Assembly: GCA_045655245.1 (NCBI GenBank)
Contig: JAZOOX010000024.1
Span: 488 to 64,487 of the forward strand
Length of the DNA stretch: 64,000 nucleotides
DNA from: Clostridia bacterium
GTDB taxonomy: Bacteria > Bacillota > Clostridia > RGIG8785
Direction of reading: 5' to 3'
Part shown: piece after piece, positions 20,154-30,201 of the stretch
Layout: every line of letters starts with the position of its first letter
How positions within the stretch are numbered: position 1 is the stretch's first letter
Program-made: the position numbers and the translations under genes
Notes under the pieces: generated by a model
Seen by the model: only the letters and a program-made list of their open reading frames with translations
What the model was told of the DNA's origin: nothing
The model's database searches: none

Positions 20154-21524
20154 TTATGCAAGACCTAAAACTTTCAGTACGATATAAACCACGAACAATG
20201 CAACAGAAACCCACATTACGGCACTAATTTCCTTAATCTTACCGCAAAGGACCTTCAGGATTACCCAAGCCAGCATACCAAACATAATGCCGTTTGCAAT
20301 GGAGTAAGTCAGAGGCATCATAACGATTGCCAGGAATGCACCGATAACATCAGCTGCATCGCCGTCGAAGTCAACCTTTTTAATTGCAGAAAGCATCAGC
20401 AGACCAACGTAAAGCATTGCAGGGGTGGTAGCAAAGCTGGGGATTGCCAGGAAGATGGGTGCAAATACGATTGCAATCACGAACATACCGGCAGTAACAA
20501 CAGAAGACAGACCGGTTCTGCCGCCTGCGGCAACACCTGCGCTGGATTCAACATAGCTGGTTACAGTAGAAGTACCCAGGCAGGCACCAACAACGGTACC
20601 AACAGCGTCGGCCATCAAAGCGCCGCCGGCCTTGGGCAGTTCGCCCTTTTCGTCCAGTAAGTCGCCCTTCTGTGCAACACCGATCAAGGTACCGACGGTA
20701 TCAAAAATGTCGGTGTACAGGAACGTAAAGGTAACCAAGAGGAAGCTTGCAAAGTTCTTTGTGATAAAGCCAAAGTCAAACTTAAACAGTGCCGGAGCAG
20801 CGAAGTTTGCCTTGATTGCCTCCATCGAAAGACTGGGGATTACAGAGTAAACGCCGTTTGCCGGATCGGGAACATACCAGCCGATAAGTTCGGCAATGAT
20901 GCCCAGAATCCAAGTAGCGATGATACCCAACAGAATTGCACCGGGAACTTTGAAGTGGTTGAATACACCAATCAGAAGCAGACCGATCAAAGCCAAAGCA
21001 ACGCCAGTGGAAGCCAAATCACCCAAAGCAACGGTGGTAGCGGGGTCAGCAACGACGATTTTCGCATTGATCAAAGCGATGATGGTAATGAACAAACCGA
21101 TACCTGCCGTGATACCGAACTTCAGATTGTTCGGAATCTTGTTAACCAGCGCTTCACGGAATTTGAAGATCGACAGGACCATAAAGATAAAACCTTCAAT
21201 CAGGATTGCGGTCAGCGCAACTTCATAGGAGTAGCCCATAGCACCACAGACGGTAAATGCAAAGAATGCATTAAGACCCATGCCGGATGCCAACGCAACG
21301 GGGTAGTTTGCAAAGAACGCCATACACAGCGTTGCGATTGCGGCAGAAATAGCTGTTGCCATAAAGATCCCTGCAGGGGTTGCACCAGGGATGCCGCCGA
21401 GGTAACCGGGGTTAACCGCAAGAATGTACGACATTGCCAGGAAGGTCGTGATACCTGCGATGATCTCGGTACGGACACTACTGCCTCTTTCTTTGATTTT
21501 AAACCATTTTTCAAGCTTTTCCAT
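20154..21524 (-). CDS. NCS2 family nucleobase permease (AzgA/PbuG-like guanine/hypoxanthine permease)
   Basis: 456 aa with the signature N-terminus MEKLEKWFKIKERGSSVRTEIIAGITTFLAMSYILAVNPG. Confidence 0.85.
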   Translation of the reverse strand: MEKLEKWFKIKERGSSVRTEIIAGITTFLAMSYILAVNPGYLGGIPGATPAGIFMATAISAAIATLCMAFFANYPVALASGMGLNAFFAFTVCGAMGYSYEVALTAILIEGFIFMVLSIFKFREALVNKIPNNLKFGITAGIGLFITIIALINAKIVVADPATTVALGDLASTGVALALIGLLLIGVFNHFKVPGAILLGIIATWILGIIAELIGWYVPDPANGVYSVIPSLSMEAIKANFAAPALFKFDFGFITKNFASFLLVTFTFLYTDIFDTVGTLIGVAQKGDLLDEKGELPKAGGALMADAVGTVVGACLGTSTVTSYVESSAGVAAGGRTGLSSVVTAGMFVIAIVFAPIFLAIPSFATTPAMLYVGLLMLSAIKKVDFDGDAADVIGAFLAIVMMPLTYSIANGIMFGMLAWVILKVLCGKIKEISAVMWVSVALFVVYIVLKVLGLA

Positions 21525-21559
21525 TTCACCAACTCCTTAAAAATTTTTGTGGCAATTTT

Positions 21560-21588
21560 ATTATATCATAGGGGTAAAAATAAATCAA
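21560..21588 (-). promoter_or_regulatory. Promoter of the permease-PRTase operon (extended -10)
   Basis: TTGATT, 17 nt, TGaTATAAT. This leaves only a ~28-nt leader, so there is no room for a riboswitch. Confidence 0.55.
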
Positions 21589-21676
21589 GATAAATCGTTA
21601 TTTATCGACAATTAAGGAGAAAACTGGAGATTCCACCTCTACCGGAGGTTCAAACCACACAATATCGCACAATAAA

Positions 21677-21712
21677 GAAAAACCTGCAACCCCGATTGGG
21701 ATTACAGGTTTT
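21677..21712 (-). terminator. Rho-independent terminator of the tRNA-fMet gene
   Basis: Minus strand CCUGUAAUCCC-aauc-GGGGUUGCAGG (two G-U wobbles) followed by U5CUUUAUU. Confidence 0.65.
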
Positions 21713-21713
21713 T

Positions 21714-21790
21714 TGGTTGCGGAGGGAGGATTTGAACCTCCGACCTTCGGGTTATGAGCCCGACAAGCTACCAGGCTGCTCTACTCCGCG
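21714..21790 (-). tRNA. Initiator tRNA-fMet (anticodon CAT)
   Basis: 77 nt CGCGGAG...GGGCUCAUAACCC...GGAGGTTCAAATCCTCC-CTCCGCA-ACCA. It has the three G-C pairs of the anticodon stem and the C1:A72 mismatch, both typical of bacterial initiator tRNA. CCA is encoded. Confidence 0.9.
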
Positions 21791-21803
21791 TCGAACAGTT
21801 AAT

Positions 21804-21832
21804 ACTATACCACAGATTTTTTCGTTTGTAAA
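21804..21832 (-). promoter_or_regulatory. Promoter of tRNA-fMet
   Basis: TTTACA, 17 nt, TGgTATAGT, ending ~8 nt before the tRNA 5' end. Confidence 0.6.
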
Positions 21833-22016
21833 GATGTTTTTTGAAAAAAATAAAAAAAGACCTTCAAAAATTCGACGGTCTTTGCGAATTACAGGTTTCG
21901 GACCCGTATTACTGCGGTCAACATTCACTTTCTGTACATTTTTTCTTCTCTGCCCCACAAACAGAACGAAAAATTTTGACAAATTTTCCTGAATTTCTTT
22001 TTTCCTGCGAAAAAAC

Positions 22017-22045
22017 TTGACATAAAATAGAAGTGGAACTATAAT
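22017..22045 (+). promoter_or_regulatory. Promoter of pfkA
   Basis: TTGACA, 17 nt, TATAAT. Confidence 0.65.
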
Positions 22046-22094
22046 AATTGTTAGAAATTTGACGATACTAATAGCAAAACAAGGAGTGTGCTTT

Positions 22095-23057
22095 ATGATG
22101 AAAAACATTGGTGTACTGACCAGCGGCGGCGACGCCCCGGGTATGAACGCAGCAATCCGCGCTGTCGTTCGTGCTGCAATCCACTACGGCATCACCGTTT
22201 ACGGAATCGAAGAAGGGTATTATGGTCTCTTAAACCGTAAGATCCGCAAGTTAGAATACCATGATGTATCCGATATTATTGCCAAGGGCGGCACTTTTTT
22301 AAAGTCAGCCCGTTGCCTGGAGTTTGCAACACCCGAGGGCGTACAAAAGGGTGTTGAGATTGCCCGCGAGTTTGGTTTGGACGGTTTGGTTGTTATCGGG
22401 GGCGACGGTTCCTTCCGCGGTGCCAGAGATTTATGCAACGCAGGATTGCCCACCATCGGCATCCCCGGTACCATTGATAACGATATTGCCTGCACCGATT
22501 ACACCTTAGGCTTTGATACTGCTTTGCGCACTGCCTGTGTTGCAATCGATATGTTAAGTGACACCTGCTATTCCCACGGCCGTTGCAGTGTGGTCCAGGT
22601 CATGGGTCGCCATGCAGGTCACATCGCCCTTCACGCAGGGATTGCAGGCGGCAGCGAATCCATCATTCTCCCCGAAAAGGACTTTGACCTGACCGAAACG
22701 ATCGAAAGCATCCGTCACGGACTTGCGATGGGTAAAAGCCATTTCATCGTCGTTCTCGCCGAAGGCATTACCGATGCTTCCCAGGTTGCCAAGGACATCG
22801 AAGCGGCTACCGGGGTCGAGACCCGCGCAACCGTTTTGGGACACACCCAGCGGGGCGGCTCCCCTACTGTACGCGACCGTGTAATCGGGACCCAGATGGG
22901 GGTTTACGCTGTAGAGCTTTTACAGGAGGGTCTCAGCAACCGCGTTGTTGCCTATAAAAACGAGAAGCTGGTCAACTACGATATCAACGAAGCACTGGCT
23001 ATGAAGAAAAGTGTGGACGAAGACCTGATCCACGTATTTAAAACGGTTACCTGCTAA
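22095..23057 (+). CDS. pfkA: ATP-dependent 6-phosphofructokinase
   Basis: Start at internal ATG (MMKNIGVLTSGGDAPGMNAAIR) with AAGGAG. Classic PfkA motifs throughout. Confidence 0.92.
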   Translation: MMKNIGVLTSGGDAPGMNAAIRAVVRAAIHYGITVYGIEEGYYGLLNRKIRKLEYHDVSDIIAKGGTFLKSARCLEFATPEGVQKGVEIAREFGLDGLVVIGGDGSFRGARDLCNAGLPTIGIPGTIDNDIACTDYTLGFDTALRTACVAIDMLSDTCYSHGRCSVVQVMGRHAGHIALHAGIAGGSESIILPEKDFDLTETIESIRHGLAMGKSHFIVVLAEGITDASQVAKDIEAATGVETRATVLGHTQRGGSPTVRDRVIGTQMGVYAVELLQEGLSNRVVAYKNEKLVNYDINEALAMKKSVDEDLIHVFKTVTC

Positions 23058-23086
23058 AAAAAGAGCCGCTATGAGCGGCTTTTTGC
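23056..23086 (+). terminator. Terminator of pfkA
   Basis: AGCCGCT-atg-AGCGGCT followed by T5. Confidence 0.65.
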
Positions 23087-23107
23087 TTGAAGTAATAGTA
23101 AAGAAGC

Positions 23108-23140
23108 AATAAAAAAGTCAGCCAAAAGGCTGACTTTTTT
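23108..23140 (-). terminator. Terminator after the SLH lipoprotein gene (bidirectional)
   Basis: AGTCAGCC-aaaa-GGCTGACT followed by T7; the T-run overlaps the stop codon. Confidence 0.65.
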
Positions 23141-24282
23141 TATTTTGTCCAATTCAGGTTATAAAACAGCTGGCAGACCTGAGCACGGGTTAGGGTGCTT
23201 TGCGGGGCGAAGGTGCGGGCTTCGTCCATACCTGCGGTGATGCCGCAATTATAAGCGGCAAGGATATGTTCCCGATACGCTTCCGAAATGTCGGAAAAAT
23301 CAGGGATCATGGTTTCGGTAATATTACCCGTTCTCTGCACCTCATCTTTTTTGGCAAGGTACATTGCCGCAACCGCCGCTTCACGAGTAATGGGAGCGTC
23401 AAAAATTTCAGGGGTAATCTCTCCCGATTCCATCAAATATCCCGCTTTTAAACAGGAATCAATGGCGTTGTAAGCCCAGTAATTATTGGCAGGACCGGTG
23501 GGTAAACGCTTGGCACGGGCTAAGATCTGACAAAACTGGGCACGGGTCAGGGTACCGTCGGGGGCAAAGAGATTGTTGCCCATTCCTGCTACCAATCCGC
23601 CCTCAGCCAGAGCGGTGACCGCATCGTAGTACCAGGCTTCTTCCGCCACATCGGCAAAGGACAGTTTGTTGTTGGGACTTGCCAAAAACTGATAGTGAGT
23701 GGCTTCGCTCACCGATTTTTGTGCGGTAAGGTAATCAATGGTCAGGTGCATTCCTTCGATGAGGATACCGTCTGCAGGACCTTCGGTCTGTACCACATTA
23801 TAAGGGAAAGAAAAACGGTAAACCACTGCCATATCCGCCATCAATTCATCATAAGCGGCTTTCGTCTCGGCATCCATCTCCTCGGTTTCGGCTGTGTCCT
23901 CGGAAGGAGTTACCCGGATGTCTACAGTAAAGTCGCCGTTTTCCAACTGCTCAAAAAAGACGTTTTGGGTCTTGGTGCCGTCCTCTTCCTCGGTGCTCAA
24001 CTGTTCGTTGAGTTGACTCAGTTCGGAAAATTCAAACGGTTCTACGGTGCCGTAATAGTCCACGCCGTTATGGGTAAACTTCTGCATCTCGCTTAAATCA
24101 GGGGGTGTTGCTTCCCCTTCGTTGGATGCCATCAGTTCCCAACCTTCTTTGGTATACCCTACGGAGGCGGTAGCCACACCGCTTCCGTCTTTATATACAT
24201 TTACTTCGTTAACGACTCCCATGCACCCCGTCAATGCAAAAATCATACAAACCGCCAGAGTCACTGCTAAAAACTTTTTCAT
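23140..24282 (-). CDS. Cell-surface lipoprotein with C-terminal S-layer-homology (SLH) domains
   Basis: Lipobox LTGC. The C-terminal ~170 aa has three SLH-like repeats (..FAPDGTLTRAQ.., ..APQSTLTRAQV..). 4-nt overlap with the upstream ABC exporter gene. Confidence 0.65.
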   Translation of the reverse strand: MKKFLAVTLAVCMIFALTGCMGVVNEVNVYKDGSGVATASVGYTKEGWELMASNEGEATPPDLSEMQKFTHNGVDYYGTVEPFEFSELSQLNEQLSTEEEDGTKTQNVFFEQLENGDFTVDIRVTPSEDTAETEEMDAETKAAYDELMADMAVVYRFSFPYNVVQTEGPADGILIEGMHLTIDYLTAQKSVSEATHYQFLASPNNKLSFADVAEEAWYYDAVTALAEGGLVAGMGNNLFAPDGTLTRAQFCQILARAKRLPTGPANNYWAYNAIDSCLKAGYLMESGEITPEIFDAPITREAAVAAMYLAKKDEVQRTGNITETMIPDFSDISEAYREHILAAYNCGITAGMDEARTFAPQSTLTRAQVCQLFYNLNWTK

Positions 24283-26123
24283 GATTCTTCTCCTTTCAAG
24301 CTCATTTCCGTATTCCGTTCAGATAGTTTTTGCAACTGGTAGAACTCGCCTTGCAACGCCATCAATTCTTCGTAAGAGCCTTGCTCGATGCAACAGCCGT
24401 CCTTCATCACCACGATCAGGTCGGCGTTGCGAATGGTGGACAGACGGTGTGCCACAATAAAGGTGGTACGGCCTTTCATCAGCTCATTCATCGCCTTTTG
24501 GACCTCGTACTCCGAAATGTTATCCAAAGCGGAAGTAGCTTCGTCCAAAATGATAATGCGGGGATCGCGAATCAAGGCACGGGCGATGGAAATCCGTTGT
24601 TTTTGACCGCCCGAAAGTTTGTCGCCATGCTCCCCGATTAAGGTATCCAGTCCATCAGGCAAACGGTCCACAAACTCGCGGATATTGGCACGGTCGATGA
24701 TCTCGTTTAGTTTTTCGTCCGAGACATCGGGCAGTCCGTACAAGATGTTTTGACGGATGGTGCCCGTAAAGAGGATACTGTTTTGGGGCACTACCGAGAG
24801 GAAGCGGCGGTATTCCTGCAGGTGCAAGAGTCCGATGGGTTTGCCGTCGATCTTCACCACGCCGTCGGTAGCTTGTAAGAAACCGATAATCATATTCATA
24901 ACAGTGGTCTTACCCGACCCCGATGCCCCGACGAACGCCACGCACTGTCCGGGGGAAACGTCCAGGTTTAGGTGACTGACCACATCCTGGCGGGTGTTGG
25001 GATAGTGATAGGATACATCCTCGAACTGAACTGATCCGTGGACGTAACGCAAACGAATCTTATCGCGGTTGTCCTCGATCTGGTCAGAAAGCATAATCTC
25101 GGATAAGGAGCGTAACGCTTCCATGCCCGTATTCAACATGGGGAAGATGTTGATCAGCATCTGGGCCTGTCCCGAGATGGCACTGAAATAACTTTGATAC
25201 AGTACGATGTCCCCCACTTCAAGATGTCCGAAATAGGCAAGGATGCCTGTAAAGATCAGGCAAGAGGTACTGAGTAACGTGGCAACGACCCAGTTCCAGG
25301 AGCCAAACCGCGCCACCGTTTCGTCCATCTGCAACCCGCTGGATGCTACGTGACGGATGTTGTTACTGATGCGGTTGATTTCGGTAGTTTCCAGGCCGTG
25401 TGCTTTGGTGACGGGAATCATGGTCAACATATCGGTGATCCGTGCGGAAAGCTGCTCGTTCTCGTTACGATACTGACGGTTTTCGCGGCGCATCCGTGCA
25501 CGGAAGAAATTGATCAACAGCAGGTTGATGGGGATGACCACCAGGTAAAAGAGCATGATAAACCAGCTTTTGGTCAGAGTAATGACGATGGTAACGATGA
25601 TGCTGATAACGGTGGGAATGACGTTTTCAAAGAACTGACGGTTCATCCCTTCCACCGCCTCGACATCACGCAAGAACTTAGATTGCAGACGCCCCGTCTC
25701 GATGTCCTTGTGGTATGTAATGGACAACTGCTGAAGCTTTTTAATCAGCGAGTTCCGAACCCCCGCACTGATATGCCGTAGGGCACGGTTGTTGTGCATG
25801 GCATATTTCACGTGGCTCCATACATTTTGCAGGAGCAATACCAGCGCCAGTAACCCCAAAATTAAAAAGTCCAAGGGCGAACTGCCTTCGGGAGATGCGG
25901 CAAGGTTGATGACCTCTGCCGTAATCAGGGGCAAAATCCAGGCGGGAGCGTTCTTTAAAAGGAAATAGAGCTGTGCAATCAGGAAGTGCTTTTTGTGCTC
26001 GACGAAAAAACTGTACAAGATCCGAAGGGAAACATTTTTCTCCCGACGGTTTTTTTCGAACAATCCGTCATAATCAGGTAGTTCTTGATTGCGAAATTCC
26101 TCGGCAATCGTATCTTTTTTCAA
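24279..26123 (-). CDS. ABC transporter fused permease/ATP-binding protein (exporter type)
   Basis: 614 aa. 6-TM domain plus NBD with Walker A GASGSGKTT, signature LSGGQKQRISIARAL and Walker B IIILDEATSALD. Confidence 0.85.
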   Translation of the reverse strand: MKKDTIAEEFRNQELPDYDGLFEKNRREKNVSLRILYSFFVEHKKHFLIAQLYFLLKNAPAWILPLITAEVINLAASPEGSSPLDFLILGLLALVLLLQNVWSHVKYAMHNNRALRHISAGVRNSLIKKLQQLSITYHKDIETGRLQSKFLRDVEAVEGMNRQFFENVIPTVISIIVTIVITLTKSWFIMLFYLVVIPINLLLINFFRARMRRENRQYRNENEQLSARITDMLTMIPVTKAHGLETTEINRISNNIRHVASSGLQMDETVARFGSWNWVVATLLSTSCLIFTGILAYFGHLEVGDIVLYQSYFSAISGQAQMLINIFPMLNTGMEALRSLSEIMLSDQIEDNRDKIRLRYVHGSVQFEDVSYHYPNTRQDVVSHLNLDVSPGQCVAFVGASGSGKTTVMNMIIGFLQATDGVVKIDGKPIGLLHLQEYRRFLSVVPQNSILFTGTIRQNILYGLPDVSDEKLNEIIDRANIREFVDRLPDGLDTLIGEHGDKLSGGQKQRISIARALIRDPRIIILDEATSALDNISEYEVQKAMNELMKGRTTFIVAHRLSTIRNADLIVVMKDGCCIEQGSYEELMALQGEFYQLQKLSERNTEMSLKGEES

Positions 26124-26180
26124 GTCAATCCCTCCATCGACTTCAACATACCGTAACTGTCAATCGGTTTCCAAGGATAC

Positions 26181-27434
26181 TCAGCGCACCTGTCCGTTCC
26201 CGAAAATGCGATAAGCATACGAGGTTAGCGCCTTTAGGCCCATAGGACCGCGGGCGTGCAGCTTTTGGGTACTGATGCCGATTTCCGCACCAAACCCAAA
26301 CTCAAACCCATCAGTGAATCGGGTGGATGCGTTGACGTATAGTGCCGCCGCATCGATGCCCTTTAAGAAGGCGTCAGCGTGTTCCGCCGTTTCGGTGATG
26401 ATCGATTCTGAATGACGGGTGGTATAGGTATTGATATGATCAATGGCGGCAGTAACATCCTTCACCACCTTGACCGATAAGATGAGGTCATTGTACTCGG
26501 TATCATAATCTTCTTCGGTTGCCGCTTTTGCATCAGGCAGAATCTCTAACGTGCGGGCACAACCACGGATTTCCACCCCTGCGGTCAGGAGGGCGGGACC
26601 CGCTTTCTTTAAGAAGGCTTCGGCAACGGCTTCGTGGACCAGCAAGGTCTCTGCCGCGTTGCAGACCGAAGGACGGCTGCACTTGGCGTTTAACAGGACG
26701 GACAGCCCCATCTCCAAGTCGGCGGAATCGTCAACGTAGATGTGGCAATTGCCCGAACCCGTTTCAATCACAGGGACGGTAGACTGTTCGACCACGGCGC
26801 GGATTAACCCTTTCCCGCCCCGGGGGATCAGCACGTCCAGGTAACCGTTTAACCGCATAAACTCACGGGCGGTCTCCCGAGATTGGTCAGAGAGGAGTTG
26901 CACCCCGTCGGCGGGCAAACCCGAGGCGGCGATTGCCTCTTTCATACAAACAACCAGAGCGGCATTAGACCGCGCCGCTTCTTTCCCGCCCCGTAAAAAG
27001 ACGGCGTTCCCTGCTTTTAAGCAAAGAACGGCACTGTCCACGGTGACGTTGGGGCGTGCTTCGTAAATAATGCCGATGACCCCCAAGGGTACGGTATGGG
27101 TTTCGATCCTTAGTCCGTTGGGGCGGGTTACCCTGTCGGTGACCGTTCCCACGGGGTCGGGGAGTTCAGCAACTTTGCGTACACCGTCCGCGATCCCTAA
27201 AATCCGTTCACGGGTTAAAAGGAGTCGGTCCTGCATTGCCGTCGAAAGTCCCGCTTCACGGGCAGCAACCAGGTCGGCTTCATTTTCTTTTAACAAGACT
27301 TCGGTGTCTGCCACCAAGCGGTCGGCAATGGCGAGCAAAGCACGGTTCTTCTCTTCGGTGGTGGCATTGGCAAGGGTTCTTGCGGCTACTTTCAGCAACC
27401 TACCCTTTTCTTCCAGTTCCTTCATTACAGTCAC
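26181..27434 (-). CDS. proA: Glutamate-5-semialdehyde dehydrogenase (gamma-glutamyl phosphate reductase)
   Basis: 417 aa, ProA-like along the full length (..VIGIIYEARPNVTVD.., ..GSGNCHIYVD..). Confidence 0.9.
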   Translation of the reverse strand: MTVMKELEEKGRLLKVAARTLANATTEEKNRALLAIADRLVADTEVLLKENEADLVAAREAGLSTAMQDRLLLTRERILGIADGVRKVAELPDPVGTVTDRVTRPNGLRIETHTVPLGVIGIIYEARPNVTVDSAVLCLKAGNAVFLRGGKEAARSNAALVVCMKEAIAASGLPADGVQLLSDQSRETAREFMRLNGYLDVLIPRGGKGLIRAVVEQSTVPVIETGSGNCHIYVDDSADLEMGLSVLLNAKCSRPSVCNAAETLLVHEAVAEAFLKKAGPALLTAGVEIRGCARTLEILPDAKAATEEDYDTEYNDLILSVKVVKDVTAAIDHINTYTTRHSESIITETAEHADAFLKGIDAAALYVNASTRFTDGFEFGFGAEIGISTQKLHARGPMGLKALTSYAYRIFGNGQVR

Positions 27435-27437
27435 TTC

Positions 27438-29798
27438 CTATTTTAATTCTACAACGGTTACGCCGCTATCCCCTTCTCCAAAAGTGCCCAACCGATAGGT
27501 GCGCACATGGGGATGACGGCGAAGCATTTGGTGTACCCCTGCACGCAGGGCACCCGTGCCCTTGCCGTGAATCAGGGTCACGGTAGCAAGTCCGTTTAAA
27601 ACCGCTTGGTCCAAATAACGGTCAATCTCCAAGGAGGCATCCTCCACCATCATTCCCCGCAAATCCAGTTCAGTGGAAAAAGAGGCAGACTTTAAATGGG
27701 TACCCTTGCGCATCCCGCCTGAACGGTCTTTCTTTGGCGAGGTCTGTTTCTTGGGCAAACGGATGTCTTTCAGATTGGTGGTAATGGTCATAATCCCCGC
27801 CTGAAGCTTCAAGTTCCCGTCGGCGTCGGGGAGCGTTTGGACGAAAGCGGTATCGTCCAGCTCGGGCACATACACCTCCGTCCCCAGCAACAAATCCGAT
27901 GCACGGACGGGTGCGCCCTCCACCGGCTTTTGGCCTTCACTGCGGAGTTTTTCTTTCTTTTTCTTTAAGTTGCCCTTGGTCTTTTGCAAAGCACCTTCCA
28001 GTGCATTGCGGTCGGCGGTGCGGCGGAGTTCCTGCACCTCACGCAAAAGAGCGTCTACCTCTTCCTGGGCTTCGTCGATCAAGGCTTGAGCTTTCTTGCG
28101 GGCATCTGCCATCATCTTTTCCCGCTTTTGGTCCAGCTTTTCGTATTCTTTTTCCATGGTGTTGCGGTAAAGCTGACCCTCACGACGGTACTTGGCGGCG
28201 GCTTCACGGTCGGCCTCGGCAGAACGGCGGTTTTCTTCCAAATCCACCAGTACGTCCTCGAACTTGATGTCATCCTCGTTCAACAGGGTATGCGCCCGTT
28301 CCAGGACCTGCTCGGACAATCCCAACCGACGGGAGATGGCAAAAGCGTTACTCTTGCCCGGAACGCCGATCAACAAACGGTAAGTCGGGCGAAGGGTCGC
28401 CACGTCAAACTCGCAAGCGGCGTTAGAAACCCCGTCGGTGGACAGGGCGTAAAGTTTTAATTCACTGTAATGAGTGGTGGCGGCGATCCGCGCTCCCTTT
28501 TCCCGCAGTTCTTCCAAAATGGCAACTGCCAGGGCGGCGCCTTCTACGGGATCGGTACCTGCGCCAAGCTCATCCAGTAAGACCAGGGAGCGATCATCGG
28601 CACGTTTCAAAATTTCCACCTGATGGACCATATGAGCAGAGAAGGTGGACAAACTCTGTTCGATGCTCTGTTCGTCCCCGATATCGGCATACACCGCAGT
28701 AAAGAAGGAGAGTTCGCTCCCCTCCCGAGCGGGGATCCGAAGTCCCGATAAACCCATCAGGGTAAATAGCCCCAGGGTCTTTAGGGCAACCGTTTTGCCC
28801 CCTGTATTGGGACCCGTAATGACCAATGTATCAAAGTCCTCACCAAGGCTTAGGTCGATGGGAACGGTGGTTTTGGGGTCTAACAGAGGATGCCGGGCGC
28901 TTTTGATGCGCATTCGTCCCTCTTGGTTGAGCTTGGGCGTTACGGCGGTCATCTTTTGTGCCAGACGGGCACGGGCAAAGATGCAGTCCAGTTTCAATAA
29001 AGTTTCAAAGGTTTCACCCACCGGCTCTGCCACTTCGGCAACGTGGGCAGACAGATCGGCTAAAATCCGCTCGACTTCGCGGGTTTCTTCAGCATAGAGC
29101 TGGCGGAGTTCGTTATTGGCTTCCACCACCGACATGGGCTCGATAAATAAGGTTGCACCGCTGGAAGACGCGTCGTGGACCAGTCCGGGGACATCGCCTC
29201 GGTGCTCTGCCTTAACGGGAAGCACATAGCGGTCCCCGCGAAGGGTAACGATGGGTTCTTGCAAGTACTTTTGGGTGGTAGCGGAGCGAACCATCCTGTC
29301 CAGCGTATCTTTGATGCGGTTGGTCCCCGCCGCCAGTTTGCGGCGGATGCGGGAAAGTTCGGGGCTGGCGGAGTCTGCCAGGGTCTCCTCGTCAGAAATG
29401 GCATTAAACAAAAGTTCTTCCAAAGAACGGTTAGGCACCAGACGGTCATAATACGGGCGCAACGCATCGCCTGCAGATTCGCCGTAGCGAACAGTTTGTC
29501 GGGCGTAGGCCAAAGTCTTTGCCACGGTGAGCAATGCGGCAGGGGTCAGACTGCGACCGATCTTTGCCTGAGACAGGGCGTCGCGGATTTCTTGTAATTC
29601 ACCAAAAGACAACGGGCCTTGTGCCACCGTCTGGGCGCAGGCGGCATCGGTTTCGGCGAGCAACCGGCACGCCCCTTCAAAGGTGGTTGCGGGATGCAGG
29701 TTGCGCAAGACGGGCAGGTTTAAGGAACAGGTTGCCATCCCTGCCAATAGTTCGGTTATTTTATCGTATTCCAAAACGAATTTGGTCTTTTCAGGCAT
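27438..29798 (-). CDS. mutS2: Endonuclease MutS2 (MutS domains plus C-terminal Smr)
   Basis: 786 aa. Walker A GPNTGGKT, a coiled-coil KEKE-rich linker, and a C-terminal Smr domain (..LDLRGMMVEDA..HGKGTGALR..). Confidence 0.9.
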   Translation of the reverse strand: MPEKTKFVLEYDKITELLAGMATCSLNLPVLRNLHPATTFEGACRLLAETDAACAQTVAQGPLSFGELQEIRDALSQAKIGRSLTPAALLTVAKTLAYARQTVRYGESAGDALRPYYDRLVPNRSLEELLFNAISDEETLADSASPELSRIRRKLAAGTNRIKDTLDRMVRSATTQKYLQEPIVTLRGDRYVLPVKAEHRGDVPGLVHDASSSGATLFIEPMSVVEANNELRQLYAEETREVERILADLSAHVAEVAEPVGETFETLLKLDCIFARARLAQKMTAVTPKLNQEGRMRIKSARHPLLDPKTTVPIDLSLGEDFDTLVITGPNTGGKTVALKTLGLFTLMGLSGLRIPAREGSELSFFTAVYADIGDEQSIEQSLSTFSAHMVHQVEILKRADDRSLVLLDELGAGTDPVEGAALAVAILEELREKGARIAATTHYSELKLYALSTDGVSNAACEFDVATLRPTYRLLIGVPGKSNAFAISRRLGLSEQVLERAHTLLNEDDIKFEDVLVDLEENRRSAEADREAAAKYRREGQLYRNTMEKEYEKLDQKREKMMADARKKAQALIDEAQEEVDALLREVQELRRTADRNALEGALQKTKGNLKKKKEKLRSEGQKPVEGAPVRASDLLLGTEVYVPELDDTAFVQTLPDADGNLKLQAGIMTITTNLKDIRLPKKQTSPKKDRSGGMRKGTHLKSASFSTELDLRGMMVEDASLEIDRYLDQAVLNGLATVTLIHGKGTGALRAGVHQMLRRHPHVRTYRLGTFGEGDSGVTVVELK

Positions 29799-29872
29799 AA
29801 AAATCCCCTTTTCTTCTACTTCCCATTTATTATACCAAAGGGTTGTAAAAAAGAAAAGGGGTTTTCAAAAAA

Positions 29873-30151
29873 TTATACACAGAGTCCTTGAACTGTCAAA
29901 TAGTCCAGGACTGTTTCTTCGGCGGTAATGGGGATAATGGTGTTTCGCGAGAGTGCTTCTATCAGTTCCAAAGCCGCTCCCTTCGAGCAGGCAAGTTCGG
30001 CGGTGACACATTCTTCCACTACACCGTTGGCGCGGCGAAGCAGGACCTTAATGGCGTACCCGCCCCCCTCACGGATCAGAAGATAATAACCCAAACGAAG
30101 CCGTTCCCCCTGCAAAGTCCGTGCGTTTTTTACGGCAATCAGTTCTTCCAT
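29873..30151 (-). CDS. Hypothetical 92-aa protein (no family recognised)
   Basis: ORF with its own strong promoter and AAAGGAG RBS. Confidence 0.5.
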   Translation of the reverse strand: MEELIAVKNARTLQGERLRLGYYLLIREGGGYAIKVLLRRANGVVEECVTAELACSKGAALELIEALSRNTIIPITAEETVLDYLTVQGLCV

Positions 30152-30173
30152 AGTGCGCTCCTTTCCTTGGAGA

Positions 30174-30201
30174 GTATAGCAAAGGGAAAGGGCTATTGCA
30201 A
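30174..30201 (-). promoter_or_regulatory. Promoter of the orphan 92-aa gene
   Basis: TTGCAA, 17 nt, TATACT, then AAAGGAG-ATG. Confidence 0.5.

Noticed and set aside
21525-21713. Looked for a purine (guanine/adenine) riboswitch upstream of the NCS2 permease / PRTase operon
   Set aside because: A strong TTGATT-17-TGaTATAAT promoter sits only ~28 nt upstream of the ATG. The remaining sequence lacks the conserved purine-riboswitch junction motifs (UAUA...CCGUAAAU...GACUAUG). The upstream segment is instead occupied by the tRNA-fMet terminator.
21841-21885. Hairpin AAGACC-(14-nt loop)-GGTCTT followed on the minus strand by T7AT7
   Set aside because: The 14-nt loop and 6-bp stem make it a weak terminator. 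There is no minus-strand gene upstream that it would terminate. It could still insulate the tRNA promoter, but the evidence is insufficient.
21752-22108. 118-aa minus-strand ORF
   Set aside because: It spans the tRNA-fMet promoter, the intergenic AT-rich region and the pfkA promoter/RBS. It is AT-rich with implausible composition.
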